Shown here: in pieces, positions 1 through 13,173 of the stretch
Position numbering within the stretch: position 1 is the stretch's first letter
Layout of the letters: every line of letters begins with the position of its first letter
Source of the DNA: Podarcis pityusensis
Lineage: Eukaryota
Reading direction: 5' to 3' (one strand)
Length of the DNA: 64,000 nucleotides
Assembly (NCBI GenBank): GCA_964106645.2
Contig: OZ067040.1
Translations under genes and position numbers: made by a program
Notes under the pieces: model-generated
Told to the model about the DNA's origin: nothing
Seen by the model: the letters and a program-made list of their open reading frames with translations, nothing else
Databases searched by the model: none

Positions 1-86
1 TCAAGGTGGCGTTCATCAGATTCCCAGCTATGGATTAGAACTCCAGGTGTCTCTTGTCTCATAAACTTGTACTTTTCTTTTTACAG

Positions 87-227
87 ACTCAGTTTGATAT
101 AGCTGTTGCAAGTGAAATCATGGCAATCCTAGCACTGGCCAGTGGTCTGTCAGATATGAAAGAAAGAATGGGGAAAATTGTCGTTGCTAACGACAAAAAA
201 GGACAACCAGTGACAGCAGAGGATTTG
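87..227 (+). CDS. MTHFD1L: MTHFD1L coding exon (~exon 18), FTHFS domain: [47 protein letters not shown]
   Basis: Polypyrimidine tract + ttacag acceptor, gtatgg donor at 228; 141 nt, phase 0/0. [11 protein letters not shown] is the MTHFD1L form of the motif (MTHFD1 has FDISVASEIMA). Confidence 0.95.
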
Positions 228-863
228 GTATGGATCACCTCAGGATTCTTATTATTACTTTTGCTTATTAAGACACAATGCAGCTCTTATAAAAATCCAC
301 ATTCAGAGACAGTGTGTATCTGGGGTGCACCTTATTGCCAGAAGAGTCAAATTTGGTCAAAACTGGGGGTTATTTTCTGTTTCTAACAACTCATCCCACC
401 TATATCAGTGGTTTTCAAAAGGTGGGCAGCAACAGACTGGCAGAGGAGCAAAAGTTTTTAGGAACAGAGAGACTCTGTTCACCTTCTTCACCTTTGCCAG
501 CAAAATATGGTAGAATTAATTCACTTTAGCAAAGGATTTTTATTAATTCACGTAGAACCAGGGCAGGCTGATAGCTTTCCCACTTGTCTCATCACACCAG
601 CCTGATTCAGGAAAAGCTGCAGCTTTGTTCTAATTATATGTCCCTGTGTATAGTTTTGCGAGGGGTTAGAGATGTCTTGTTTGGTTCCCCTTTATAATGC
701 TATGTTGGCTCAATTCTCTAAACTGAGAGAGGGACCTTTTTTCAGCCCCAGAGCCACAATCCCCTCTGGACAATCTTCTGGAGGTCACATTCCAGTAGTG
801 GGTGGGGCCAGAAGCAAAAGTGGACAGAGCAGTTAATTTTTTTAAGAAGGCTAGTTTATGTAT

Positions 864-1673
864 GGGACGCGGGTGGCGCTGTGGGTTAAATCACAGAGCC
901 TAGGGCTTGCCGATCAGAATAATAATAATTATTATTATTATTTACACCCCGCCCATCTGGCTGAGTTTCCCCAGCCACTCTGGGCGGCATCCAATCAAGA
1001 GTTAAAAACAATGCAGCATTAAATATTAAAAACTTCCCTAAACAGGGCTGCCTTCAGATGTCTTTTAAAGAGAAGATAGCTGCTTATTTCCTTCACATCT
1101 GAAGGGAGGGTGTTCCACAGGGCGGGCGCCACTACTGAGAAGGCCCTCTGCCTGGTTCCCTGTAAGCTCACTTCTCGCAATGAGGGAACTGCCAGAAGGC
1201 CCTCGGTGCTGGATCTCAGTGTCCGGGCTGAACAATGGGGGTGGAGACGCTCCTTCAGGTATACAGGACCGAGGCCGTTTAGGGCCTTAAAGGTCAGCAC
1301 CAACACTTTGAATTGTGCTCGGAAACATACTGGGAGTCAATGCAGATCTCTCAGGACTGGTGTTATGTGGTCCCGGAAGGTCGGCAGTTCGAATCTCCGT
1401 GACGGGGTGAGCTCCTGTTGCTCAGTCCCTGCTCCTGCCAACCTAGCAGTTCGAAAGCACATCAAAGTGCAAGTAGATAAATAGATACCGCTCTGGCAGG
1501 AAGGTAAACGGCGTTTCCGTGCGCTACTCTGGTTTGCCAGAAGCGGCTCTGTCATACTGGCCCCATGACCCAGAAGCTGTACGCCGGCTCCCTCGGCCTA
1601 TAGAGCGAGATGAACGACACAACCCCAGAGTCGTCCACGACTGGACCTAAGGTCAGGGGTCACTTTACCTTTA
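864..1673 (+). mobile_element. Sauria SINE, interrupted by an L2 fragment
   Basis: Head GGGACGCGGGTGGCGCTGTGGGTTAAA at 864, B-box-like GTTCGAATC after the interruption, (ACCTTT)n tail; 13-bp TSD ctagtttatgtat (851-863 / 1674-1686). Confidence 0.9.
920..1375 (-). mobile_element. L2-clade LINE 3' fragment nested in the Sauria SINE
   Basis: ORF 1019-1306(-) encodes an L2-type ORF2 C-terminus (FKALNGLGPxYL...RAFSVVAPALWNTLP...FKRHLK); (TAA)n-like tail. Confidence 0.88.
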
Positions 1674-3399
1674 CTAGTTTATGTATATGGTCACACACCA
1701 CTCTCTGTTCTCCATCAAAGCACGTAAGAGGCATTGTCAGTGTTCCAGCCAAGCAAAGCAAGACTAGTGAAGGGTGTGGCCTGGACAGGAGGGTCCAAGG
1801 AGCCAGACAGAGATACTTGTAAGGTGAGCATTTGGCCACCCTTGCTGTTAATCACAGACCTTTGCAAAGATAATCAGGTTATATGCATATGACTACATGC
1901 CAGCATCTCTGCATGCTCTCCTTGAGAAATGGGCTAAGAGGATAGAACAAGTTTAGAAAGTGATGCTTCATGATGCTGTTTCTACTGCTGTTTGTTTTGA
2001 TTTTTTTTGTTTAAATTGTTTTTAATTTTATCTGTAACCTGCCTTAAGTATGATTTTATCATAGAAAGGGCAGGATATAAATGTCCAAATAAATAAATAG
2101 TTCGAAAAACATGACTTACGTGCATACATTCCTGAGCCTTCAAAAACAGGACTGGAGTTTGCAAATTAAATGTTGGGAGTGCAGCTGCAAATAAATTTTT
2201 TTTTAGAATAGAACAGTATCCTAAATTTTAGGTCTCAGAAATATTTTAATGTCACTCTGAGTGCATGCTTCCATTAACACTCAGCATGGGTTCAAAACGA
2301 ACCCATTTATAAAGTTGCTTAACTTTCCCTATATTGAATTGATGTTTTTACAAGTAGCCTTCAATTCATTATTTAATGTTCAACCTAAACTCTAATTCCT
2401 CCTCTCTTTCATTTGTTTCATATGTGAATAATGTTTAATATACCATGCAAATATGCAATTGCTCTTAATTTCAGGGTGCTATACCACATTTTCAGTGTAC
2501 TGTAATAAAATCTAAAATACACACTTGGAGATGAAAACCAGATGCTGCAAGGGCTGGAGGTGGGAGGAGGCAGAAAAGAAAAGATAAATTGAATATTTCA
2601 TAAACTCAGAGGCTCCTTTCACAAGTGTAATGGGTTTTTAAAAGCCATCCTCTGTAATTGAACTACAGAATTTGTTGCCAAAATATGGTGCTCATTGAGC
2701 AGGATTCTGAAGACTAGATTGCAATTTGGCTGCGGTATTATCGTAAAATGTTTGATTGACAGATGCCATATCTCCATGGCAAATTAAACTGGCATGCCCA
2801 AGATTAGTATTTCAGCAGCCATGAGGAATATTAAATAAATATGTAGCTATTTGTTTAGTAAGGAAGCTTCTCAAATTACTGCATGAGGACTCTTTTTCAC
2901 ATTGAATATACTCATTTTACAAATAGCATACAGGTGAGGATATTATCTTGGAACCCTAGGCTCCAGTTGTGTTTGTGGTGTCTTAATGTAAGGCACGTTT
3001 TGATTCTTTATGGAGTTCTTTCTTTCCTTTTAAAACAACCAGTTCCTAGGAGGTTTTATTTCAAACTTGATCAAGCAAAATATCCAGTGAGAGAGTATCT
3101 GGATTATCATACCATAAATGTGCATTGAGACAAACAGTTATCAAACAGAATTAAATGTTTAATGGGGGGGGGCAGTTTCTGATCCTCTGTTCCTCAGTGA
3201 AAACAATGTGTTATGAGAGACACTGCATCAACCCCTAAAGAGCAGGAAAATGGGTTAGGAATGGCCATGAGGAAGAAGCTTGGATGTTGACTGCAGCCTT
3301 CTTTATCAATAGCAAATTGTCCAGTGCCACCTAATGGAGAACTTGGCTTCCTGGCTGGAACTGTTTGAGTACCTACAGAAAAGGGCATCTACCCTGTGG

Positions 3400-3585
3400 T
3401 CTTATGTCAGACTCCATCTAGACTATCTCCCTGTTTCCTACAACCAAATGCCTCTGGGAAACCCACAAGCAGAAGATGATGGCAATAGCCTTCTCCTGTT
3501 CCCCAGCAGCTGGTATTCAGAAGCATACTGATGACCATACTCTGAACCTGGAGATTGCATTAAACTATGATGACCAGTAGCTATC
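3400..3585 (-). mobile_element. Degraded CR1-like 3' fragment
   Basis: Resembles the squamate CR1 3' region (atgcctctgggaaacccacaagcag...ctggtattcagaagcatactg); recognised by eye, boundaries approximate. Confidence 0.45.
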
Positions 3586-3737
3586 AGTACCAAGTGGTGT
3601 GGCTATGCTGCTCACCTGACCTAGCTCTGGCATTACTGCTTACTGGGATGGAATGGTGGAGGGAGGGAGTGGCAAGGTTGGTGCAGTGCAAACCCACCTG
3701 ATGGATACAATTCAGTGTTCCTTCCAGTGCATTTGCA

Positions 3738-3869
3738 NNNNNNNNNNNNNNNNNNNNNNNNNNNNNNNNNNNNNNNNNNNNNNNNNNNNNNNNNNNNNNN
3801 NNNNNNNNNNNNNNNNNNNNNNNNNNNNNNNNNNNNNNNNNNNNNNNNNNNNNNNNNNNNNNNNNNNNN
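3738..3869. other. Assembly gap (132 N)
   Basis: Run of N characters. Confidence 1.
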
Positions 3870-4344
3870 ATGCAGTAGTTAGTCAACCAAATGGAGGTTC
3901 AGGTGAGTGGCGCAGCCCGACCACAATTCTCTTTGTGAAAGCTATTGAAAGACTTTTCTTCTGTAAATATGTCCTCTAAGCAAATGACCACCACCATAGA
4001 TTGTACAATGATCTTGGGGAAGTGGGTGGGCTGGTAACAATAACAAGTCATGGCTGGCTAAGAAAGGCAAGCTACAATGTGTGGGTCTGTGCCTTAAAAT
4101 ATTTCCATGTTCAGTGTATGTATTACTTTTAGAATTGTGTTGTATTGAATTGTATAACTCAGAAGCTTTGTTACCTCCCATTCAGAATTTATAGTGATGG
4201 AGGTGGCATTTCCAGAACTTTTAGCACCACCCTACATAGAGATAACAATGTTTTTCACAGCTGTGTGTTGGTTTGTGTTTAGCTAAACACTTTGATTTTT
4301 AAACCACTTTACTTGAACTTATAAGCAGTTTTTTTCTTTTTTAG

Positions 4345-4413
4345 GGAGTAACTGGTGCTTTGGCGGTTTTGATGAAGGATGCAATTAAACCAACACTGAT
4401 GCAGACATTAGAG
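4345..4413 (+). CDS. MTHFD1L: MTHFD1L coding exon (~exon 19): GVTGALAVLMKDAIKPTLMQTLE
   Basis: tttttag acceptor, gtcagt donor; 69 nt; continues the frame of the previous exon; conserved FTHFS motif KDAIKPxLMQTLE. Confidence 0.95.
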
Positions 4414-6089
4414 GTCAGTCAAATCATCTGTAACCCTAACCTTTCTCTTCCCTTTTTTAAAAGGACTATATCTAAGTTGCCAAAGTGCTTTTCTTTTTTA
4501 AAATTGAAATTAAACATTTACTTGTTTATACAGCATGACTCCTCCTTTTCATATTTGATTTGCATGGGCATTTTACAAGGCATGTTAAGAGAGGGTTCCC
4601 CTCTCCCAAGTCCAAGAACATTTGAATTTCAGTTAGCATGACCTGTGCTAGAAATGCAGATCCAAGGGGAGTTCTGCCATTTCCGCCCACCTCCCTTTCA
4701 GCACCCCCTTTGCCATACCCCACATCGTTTCTGAGATGCTCTCAGGAGCAGCCTGGGAAGAGAGGGGATGGAGGGGAGAGGTAGGAAAGCTCCATTCTGT
4801 GATCAGAACTCCAGTTACCCTTCTTAAGATCCACATGATTGTTAAGAATTGAGGCTGCAATCTATACAAGCTTAAATCCCAGCCCACTCCATGGGAGTTA
4901 AGCATACACAGAGATCACAGCCTCAGCTTTTATAGGAACTGAAATGAAGTGTCACCTGTCATAAATAAACAGTAAATAAATGGGATGTCTATTTAAAGAA
5001 AACATGGTATCTGTGAAGACATACCCTTTTACCATATTCAAATATATATTCATAGAAAAGATATTGGTGCAAACAGAAGCATAGGGAATGCTTACTTCTA
5101 AGCATGGCAGTTTTACTTGGAAGCCCCTTGGCTTGCAAAACGACAAGGAAAAAACAGTACCATCTGTTGGTTTGGATCCAGAGAAACTGTGAGTGCTGCT
5201 CTGTTCACAGAAGGAGAGGGGTGGCAATTAGGGGTAATTTCCTGCTTCCTCCGATGACCTTGGAATCCAGGAGGAGTGCCAGATTGGCCCCACCAATGCA
5301 TTTACGCTGCATTGACCGCCCTGCTACCTTAGCCTTCCTGGTAAGCAACAGCGACCTGCCTACTGGTCACTGTAAACTGCTTTGAGGTTTTTCCTACAAT
5401 CAAGTAAGGTAAAAAAAATATATGGGAAAAATAAATAAATACTAGAAAGCTAATATAGTGGCTCATCCCCAACCAGTGAGCCACTTCTGGCTCTGGAAGA
5501 GATGGTCTTTGAAGGTGCAGATAGAAACCTAATAGGAGCCTTATTTGGATTATCAGCCCTTCTACAAATAGAAAGCCACCTTCCATTTGAGAAAGAGCCA
5601 CTCTGAATCCAAATCATTATATTTTCATTTTGGATCTTTACTTAGAGAGGTTTTGCATACAGAACACATGATTGCTTGGCTGAAAACTTGTTTGAATTAT
5701 CACATTTCTTGGTTTACAGTTATGTGGTGATTATTTTTTTTTACAACCAGCCTTGTCTGAGCCTAATTTTGGTTTGGTTTTATTAGACAACAATTAAGTG
5801 GTCAAATAGGATATGTACATGGATGTTTTAACAATATTTCCATAAGAAACTGGGAATCATGGACATCATGATGAAATAGCTGTTAGAAGATGTTGCTTGG
5901 TAAAGCGCTATAACATTATTGTGTTGTTGTACCTCCCTCTTCAGAAAACCCCAACATAATTTATCTGCCTGAGGAAGCCACATCAAATTCTAGCTTGTGT
6001 TTGACTATGGACAATTTTTACACTTTGTTATCTTAACAATATTTATATGTTACTGAATAACAAATAAAAAGTACAGCAGAATCGGTATA

Positions 6090-6331
6090 CAGTGGTACCT
6101 CGGGTTACATACGCTTCAGGTTACATACGCTTCAGGTTACAGACTCCGCTAACCCAGAAATAGTGCTTCAGGTTAAGAACTTTGCTTCAGGATGAGAAAA
6201 GAAATCGTGCGGCAGCGGCGCAGCGGCAACTGGAGGCCCCATTAGCTAAAGTGGTGCTTCAGGTTAAGAACAGTTTCAGGTTAAGAACGGACCTCCAGAA
6301 CAAATTAAGTACTTAAACTGAGGTACCACTG
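6090..6331 (+). mobile_element. Tc1/mariner-pogo(Tigger)-like MITE, family A, copy 1
   Basis: TIR CAGTGGTACCTC...GAGGTACCACTG, TA on both sides, repeated internal GCTTCAGGTTA motif; 5 copies in the window. Confidence 0.9.
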
Positions 6332-7267
6332 TAATGGGAGAAGGGGAAATCTCAGTGACACACACACACAAAAACAAATCACATGAACTTTAGATTTAAC
6401 ACAAAGTTTAAAGAGCCTGGTAAAATAAAAAGGTCTTCACTTGGTCCTGAAAACACTGAAAAGTAGGCAACAGGTGAATGCATTTTTCATCCCTGGGTGC
6501 CCTCATTGAAAAGGCCCTTCCCACCACATCTTACCTGGTGAGAGCATGTGGAGACGGGTCTCTGAGAATGGATAGATAAATGTGGGTGTGTATTATAGCT
6601 TTTTAAAAGCTTGAAATGTACCCTTTTCTGTTTCCTGTCAGCCCCTCAGGAAGTATTCAAATACTACTGCTATGCATTTATGGAGCACTGTAAATCTTTC
6701 AATGGGTTATAACACTAATCAAATACTGCTCTGCAAGCGAGGACCCAAGCACAGTAATATTCACCATAAGGCTTGGTGTACAAAGCAGCTTGCTGACTGA
6801 GTGACACCCATAAACTACTGAAATTTATTTCCCTGATAGCAAATGATCAGTGGCAGTTTCTATTAGTTTGAAAAGAATAAATGTATATTGTATTTATTCA
6901 GTGATACTGATACCGCCGGGGACTATTTTTGCTGTTTCTGCCATTGTCCTCCAGCTTCAGTTTCAAAGCGCACATAGCAGAATAGCTATCAGATCATTGA
7001 TACAAAATGCCATCCTTTGGATAACTCCCCCACCCCACCCCATCTTTATATTACATTCCTTTCCTCACCCGCCTGGCCTCCTCCATTAATGAAAGAAAAC
7101 TTGTGTTTTCACAGGTGGAATCACCATAGGTTCTCTCTTTCATATGTCTCCTAGAGGAATTTTAGAGCTGTTGAATCAGATAGACATTTATTAGAATCCC
7201 ATGAATCAAATGCAACTTAAAAAGAGCTACCAGATACACTATTTTTCTTTTAATTACTATGAATACT

Positions 7268-7354
7268 GAAGTCCTATATGTGTCTACTCAGACATAAGCC
7301 CTACTGAGTTTAGTAGGGCTTGCTCCTGGGTGAGTGTGGTATAGGATTGCAGCC
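7268..7354. repeat. Short (~90 bp) imperfectly palindromic MITE-like repeat
   Basis: cctatatgtgtctactcaga...gtgagtgtggtataggattgcagcc; related copies at ~4854, ~25741, ~28890 and at the L1 target site. Confidence 0.55.
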
Positions 7355-7902
7355 TCAGTGAAACTGGCCTCAGGAGCCTAAGTTAAAGCAGCTGACTTGT
7401 GACAATGAATAGTTGGAAGCTGCAGTGCCAGACCTGACACTTCCATGTGAAAAGAAGCAATTGGAAAGAAGGCATTTTTCAGAGTTCTTTAGTAGGCAGG
7501 AATTGCTTCAGCAGCTGGAGAAAAGGTTTTTAACTAGTAAAGCAGCCACCTGAATGTGGCTACCAACTTAATCGCTAAAAGAACCTGGTTCCCGCCATAT
7601 TTTCTGCATCAGCCCTGGTTAGCATGGCTGCTGGAGGGGCTCTAAAAGCTCTTGGGGCCAAACTAGACATGATGTTTTATCATATAGGTAAATAACAAAA
7701 ACAGCAATAGCCAGCGTTGGGCAGGGAGAAAAGATTAGCTGAATTGGGCGTATGGCATGGGATGGCATAGGGGATTTAACACTTTGCCTCTGCCACAGTC
7801 CCCAGTTGGAATCAGAGGCTTCTATGCCTGCTATAAAGAATGGTTTTGCCTGAGCAAGTAAAGCAGAACTCTAAATATGGATACGAGCTTAATTACTAAA
7901 GC

Positions 7903-8091
7903 CTTATATCTCAGTCTACCTCTAGAACACCTACTAAACTATCCTGATAGAATCAGGATGCAGAGCTTTCTGTTGCTGCTGTGGATACAGTCTTATATCT
8001 CAGTCTACCTCCTAGAACACCTACTAAACTAAACTATCCTGATAGAATGAGGATGCAGAGCTTTCTGTTGCTGCTGTGGATACAGTCTTAT
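7903..8091. repeat. Tandem duplication, ~89-bp unit x2
   Basis: cttatatctcagtctacc...gctgtggatacagt starts at 7903 and again at 7992, with small indels. Confidence 0.95.
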
Positions 8092-8286
8092 GGTCCTCGA
8101 GGTCTCTCGGAAAGGCTGTTTGTTGTCCTACTGCAGCCCACTTTGTCCTGCTCCAGTCCAGATGATAAGCCTCATTGCTCCACAAGAGCAACGTAGAATA
8201 TAGTACAGCACAATGTACAAGGTCTTAACTGTTGTTTTCTGCTTGTGCTCTGATCACATTTCTGCTTTTGCTTTTGATACTTTTAG

Positions 8287-8398
8287 GGAACCCCAGTTTT
8301 TGTGCACGCTGGGCCTTTTGCAAATATTGCTCATGGTAACTCTTCAGTTTTGGCAGACAAAATTGCCCTTAAATTGGTTGGCAAAGAAGGATTTGTAG
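8287..8398 (+). CDS. MTHFD1L: MTHFD1L coding exon (~exon 20): [37 protein letters not shown]
   Basis: ttttag acceptor, gtgagt donor; 112 nt (phase 0/1); hallmark FTHFS motif [14 protein letters not shown]. Confidence 0.97.
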
Positions 8399-8879
8399 GT
8401 GAGTACAAGCTCATTTTGTTTTGGAATGTTTACGTGGAGCTGGAGTAGTTTCATTTGAAATTAATGGCAAAGTGTTGTTTTAACTCAAGTGATGTGTATC
8501 ATGTTTACGTAGCATCACTTTAGTGTGTGATCTCAATACATTCTTGATCAAAAGGTATTGTTGATTTGGAATTCCATGTTTATACTTGGATCCATTTGCC
8601 TGGCTAGATTTCCACTGAAACCAGAAGCAGGCTAGTGTTCCCGTCTTCTGCCCAGTTTTCACAGTGGGATAATGTTGGTTTTAAAGGGGTGCTTTCAACT
8701 CTTTAATAGTGTTCCAAAGCAATGCAGATTGAAAGAGAACTTTTTGTTGAATTCCATTGCTAAAATTATCCTTAGCAATGAGGATCTCAAAAGTACATTT
8801 TTTCTTGAAAAGTGTACCTTTTAGAAGTTCAGCGGATTCTAGAAGCAAAATTGGTGATGATCAGAAGCAGTACTGGCTA

Positions 8880-8983
8880 GGTGGTGGTGGTGGTGGTGGT
8901 GGTGGTGGTGAAGTGCAGTCAGAGGAGCAGGAGGGTGGTGGTGGTGGTGGTGGTGGTGGTGGTGAAGTGCAGTCAGAGGAGCA
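8880..8983. repeat. (GGT)n microsatellite + gaagtgcagtcagaggagca, duplicated in tandem
   Basis: Two ~(GGT)10 tracts each followed by the same 20-mer. Confidence 0.95.
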
Positions 8984-11900
8984 AGGACCAATGAACCTAA
9001 AGTTCTGCAGCGAAATGCTAAAGCAATGTTAAGCCATTACATCTGCACCAGCCCTGGATGGGACCATGATAAAATTTAAATATATGTTAGTTAATATTTA
9101 ATATCTACAAAAGACTAGATAGATAGACAGACAAATATTATGTAAACGGCCAAGTTAAGCAAATGGTTTATAATTAGGTCTGTTTGCAGAATGACATCTT
9201 AAACAGAGATACAGCTTGAAATCATTGACTCATGCTATCATCTGAAATAAGCATAATGGTTGTAAGCTGCTGCAAGAAAAAGTGACCAATAAGTTGAATT
9301 GAACAACAACAATGTTCATAAGAACAACCTCTACTGAGTGAAGCCATTCATAATAAACAATACAAATAAGTTTTTAAATTCAACTGACACTAATTAGTCA
9401 GTCATAAAATGAACAAAAAGTAATATGATTAACAAAGGCAGAGACCAGTCACACGGAGGAGAGATAGGCCAGTGCAGAGAGCTTGTGAATGGTGCTTGTA
9501 GCGCAAGAGGGCCACAATATGCATAAAGAAGTGGCAGCTCATGGACTAGCCCAGTTCCCTGAAGGGCTCCATTTCAAGACTTTCTGCATGGTCAGTTCTA
9601 ATACCTCCCCCTGATTTGAGGCAATTCCCTTCTCCCTCTGCAGCCCTGGAGTCAGATAACACATGGTAGGTCCCCCTCCACCCAACCCTCTGGAGAGGCT
9701 TTTTAGAGGACACAGGGGACTGTGGAGTGGAAGGAGAAGGGAAAGATATGTTGCATGAGCTGCCTTCTGATTGTGCAACGTTGGGTGCAACCTACTTTGT
9801 ATAACATACACAGTATTCCCAATACACCCTTCCCCCACTCATATAGAAAAATAGGAGTCTTTCTGTGCTTGCACTATCAGATAATTGGAGAAATTTTGGC
9901 ATGCTTTGTGTGTATTGTAAACATAAGCAGAAGTAAGCTTTAATAAGTTGTCTGAATAATTTACTTGCTTCATTCTGCAGTTGAAATGCTCATCAGAACA
10001 AAACTACTTGCAGTAGCTGCTTAGTGATCTGTGCAGAATGTGCACAGCTGTATTTCAAAAATCCTTGTATATGCTCAAAAGTATTTAAGTTTATATTATA
10101 TATACTTATCTATGCTCAAAAGTGTATTTATACAAAAGGTTTATAAATCACTGCGTAAAAATAGTGCAGCATATGTGTTTGAAACAAGAAAGAATGATCT
10201 GCATTTTTTTTAATAGATTGTAAAATGCTTTGCAGTATTTCTTTGGTGGGAGTTCTTTCTCCAAAAAAGGAAGTAAATGCTTTGCTTTAAACCCCGTTTG
10301 GCACCAAAGCACATGTGATGTCTTAATATTTGCATTGTTCAGAGTTCTTTATAGTTGTTTTTGCTTGACTTCATTGAAAAATCACTGTGTATCGAGTGTT
10401 CCAGTGAGTGTTAAATTTAAAAATCCTTGCTATCTTATGTCATAACATTCACTCTCTTGCATTTGTAGCTCCATTTCTTTTCATAGTTAAGAAAATACAG
10501 TGCTTACTGAAGCAGTAAAAATGATCCTTCCCTGTTTTGGGGGTCAAATGTTAAATTAATAATGGTCACAAAACAAAACAAAACAAAAATACACAAAAGC
10601 ATGCGCGAGCACACACACACACACACGAGAGATAAAAATAAAACTACTGTACTATAAAATCACCAGTAAAATTATGTAAGCTACAGGGCAAATAACAGCA
10701 GCAGATCAGAACTATCCACAGTTGGGAGGGGGTAGATTGTAGTTCCACACAGACAGCTGGGGGGGCACCATGGAAAATGTCCTGTCCCATATCACCCTCC
10801 TAGCATCCCATTGGGATGAGGCCACAAGAATGGTCTATCCGCCTGACTTCAAAGGATGTGGAGGACAGTATATTGAAAGCCACTATAAAAGTCAAGAGCT
10901 TTTAAACTTGAACTCTTATCTTCTGTTATATAAATACCATTGGTTGTTGTTATTTTTTAAAAGATGTTCAAAGATACTTTTTACTTTTTAATATTTATTT
11001 TCAGTTTACTTTTTAATATTTATTTTCACTTGTGTTTTTAGAAAACTTTGATGTATACTGCTCTGCTGATAATTGAAATATCCTGTTAGACGCCTGCTAA
11101 CAAACATTGCTCTAGCGCCATCTCTGATTATAATTTATAGACTCCAATATAAGCCATTTCAGCAGATTTCCCCCCACTGTGAAATATAGCTAGCACAGGA
11201 AAATTCTTTGTCTCCCACAGGCAAAAAAAATACTAGAGGTCAGTCTTTCTCTCTCTGTTTTTAAGAATTCATAAATCAAATCCAGCAACACTGTCAAAAG
11301 TGCTGCTTCTCATAGCTCACTCCTATCAATTCACAAATAAGAGGGTTCCAATTAGACATGCATGGCAAAAAAGAGTAGTAGCTGTTTCCCCTCCACCTCA
11401 TTTCTGCAATTTATTTTCTCATAAACAAACCGAACATAAGAAAATGCATGGGTGTATCAACTTATATTATTTGAACAAGGCTAGAATAGCGATACCTTGC
11501 AATCGAAAGCCCATGTGGGACAGCTGAGAGGGAGATTTGGAGCTGGAAATGGCAGACTGGGACAGGAATCGTATCCTTTTCTGCCACTCTTTATGTGCTC
11601 CCAAAAAAGTCCCCTCCTAAAGTGGCTTTTCATCTCCCTAAAAGGGCTACTCTTGGGTTACTGTTACACATGTTTGGATGATATCCAATGCTACCAGTCT
11701 AGTTGAAGAATGGCACTTGATCTAGTGGGGGCATCCACTAACATTGGATAAGAGGAGGCAATTTTTGCCAATTTCCCCTTCCTGTTGCAGCCTGTGTCCC
11801 CCCCCCCCCACCTTCCACATTGTTCTGGAGGATTCCTCAACTCTCTGGAGCTGGGGGGGGGGGACAGGGGACCGCAATGGGAAGGGGGAATTGGCAAAAG

Positions 11901-13173
11901 TCACCCCCTCTTCTTTTATGTTAGCTGGTGCCTGTGCTAGAGTAAAAGTTTAATTAAGATCCACCTTTCTGTATAGCATGTAGTTTGGCCTCCATAATAA
12001 CTGAGTTTTCATCTCTTAAAAAACTCCACTCAGAGCTGCTTTTATGGCAGTCGATTTTACTGAATAATTGAGAACCGAAGCCTTTCTATTTGCACCAAGC
12101 CTTCTTGGTCAGGCTGTTCATAGTCTTTTTATATGTCAGTGTGATATTAATCTGGGGCTATGTACTGTAATAAAAGTCCTAAGAAATCACAGTGAACATA
12201 ATGGTCGCATTGGGGTGGGGTGGGAGAATAAACAAACACACCATCTCTGCAGAGTGGGCTCTCTCTGTGCAATGGGGGGGGGGGGCGTGTTCCCGGAATG
12301 GGAGGAGAGTCTTCCTCCTACTTATTTTATTGTTGGAGAAAAGGCAGGCAGAAAAGGGACATTTTTTACCACTCAGCAGCTTGAAGCTGCCTGCGATTTG
12401 AATTAGGGTGCAGCCTTGCGCTGTTGTGATTGATGATTCCGAAACTTGCTGTGTCCTGGATGATTGCACCAAATGATAGAGACATTGATCATTCTGATTC
12501 ACCACTGCCTTCAGTGGTGTGGCATCTGCTGTTATCTCTATGTAGGGCAAGCTGCACTCTCTGAATATACACACCACTTTTCTGTGAGTGAGCAGAGGCT
12601 CTTCCTTTAACAACAGTTTGGTACTTAGCAATAGAAGATCCAGGCTTTAGCTGACTGGATATGGTGACCCTGAAGCGCAGCCAGCAGAGGGAACTGGATC
12701 CAATCAAAAGTGCCCAGCACACACTCTGCAGGCCACTGTGCAGGTGGACAGGGCCCTCAAGGTGCTGGGACTCTGAATGTAGGAGTCAGCACTGAGGAAA
12801 TGCCTGCCTTTTGCGTATGTAAGGCCCATGGTGCTATACCATATGACATTAGGAAAAGAGAAGATTGTTTTAGCCACAATGTTTATGTGTTTATCCACAA
12901 CGATAGGATGGATTCCATATACGTACAGAGCCAATATAGACCTGACATGCAGTCATGGGTATCTTTTTTCAGATTTTTTAAAGGCCAAAAGCAGCTTTAG
13001 GAAGATGTACATTGGAGCAGAGAAATGACTGGCCAGAATGAGCTTAATATTTGCCCATCCTTTCTTTTCAAACTCTACCAGCCCACCTCCAGCTGCTGTT
13101 CTCCCCTTGTGTCCTTGAGGAGATTGCTAGCATATGTTATTCACCTGACAGATAAGTGTACAGAGCTGTCATT

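Noticed and set aside
3584-3979. ORFs spanning the N run
   Set aside because: Open only because of the assembly gap.
8757-9032. Poly-glycine ORF
   Set aside because: Artefact of the duplicated (GGT)n microsatellite; non-ATG start and no exon context.
12179-12631. 150-aa minus-strand ORF and other short intronic ORFs (e.g. 45096-45536, 62953-63342)
   Set aside because: No recognisable domains or splice context; lengths compatible with chance when alternative start codons are allowed.
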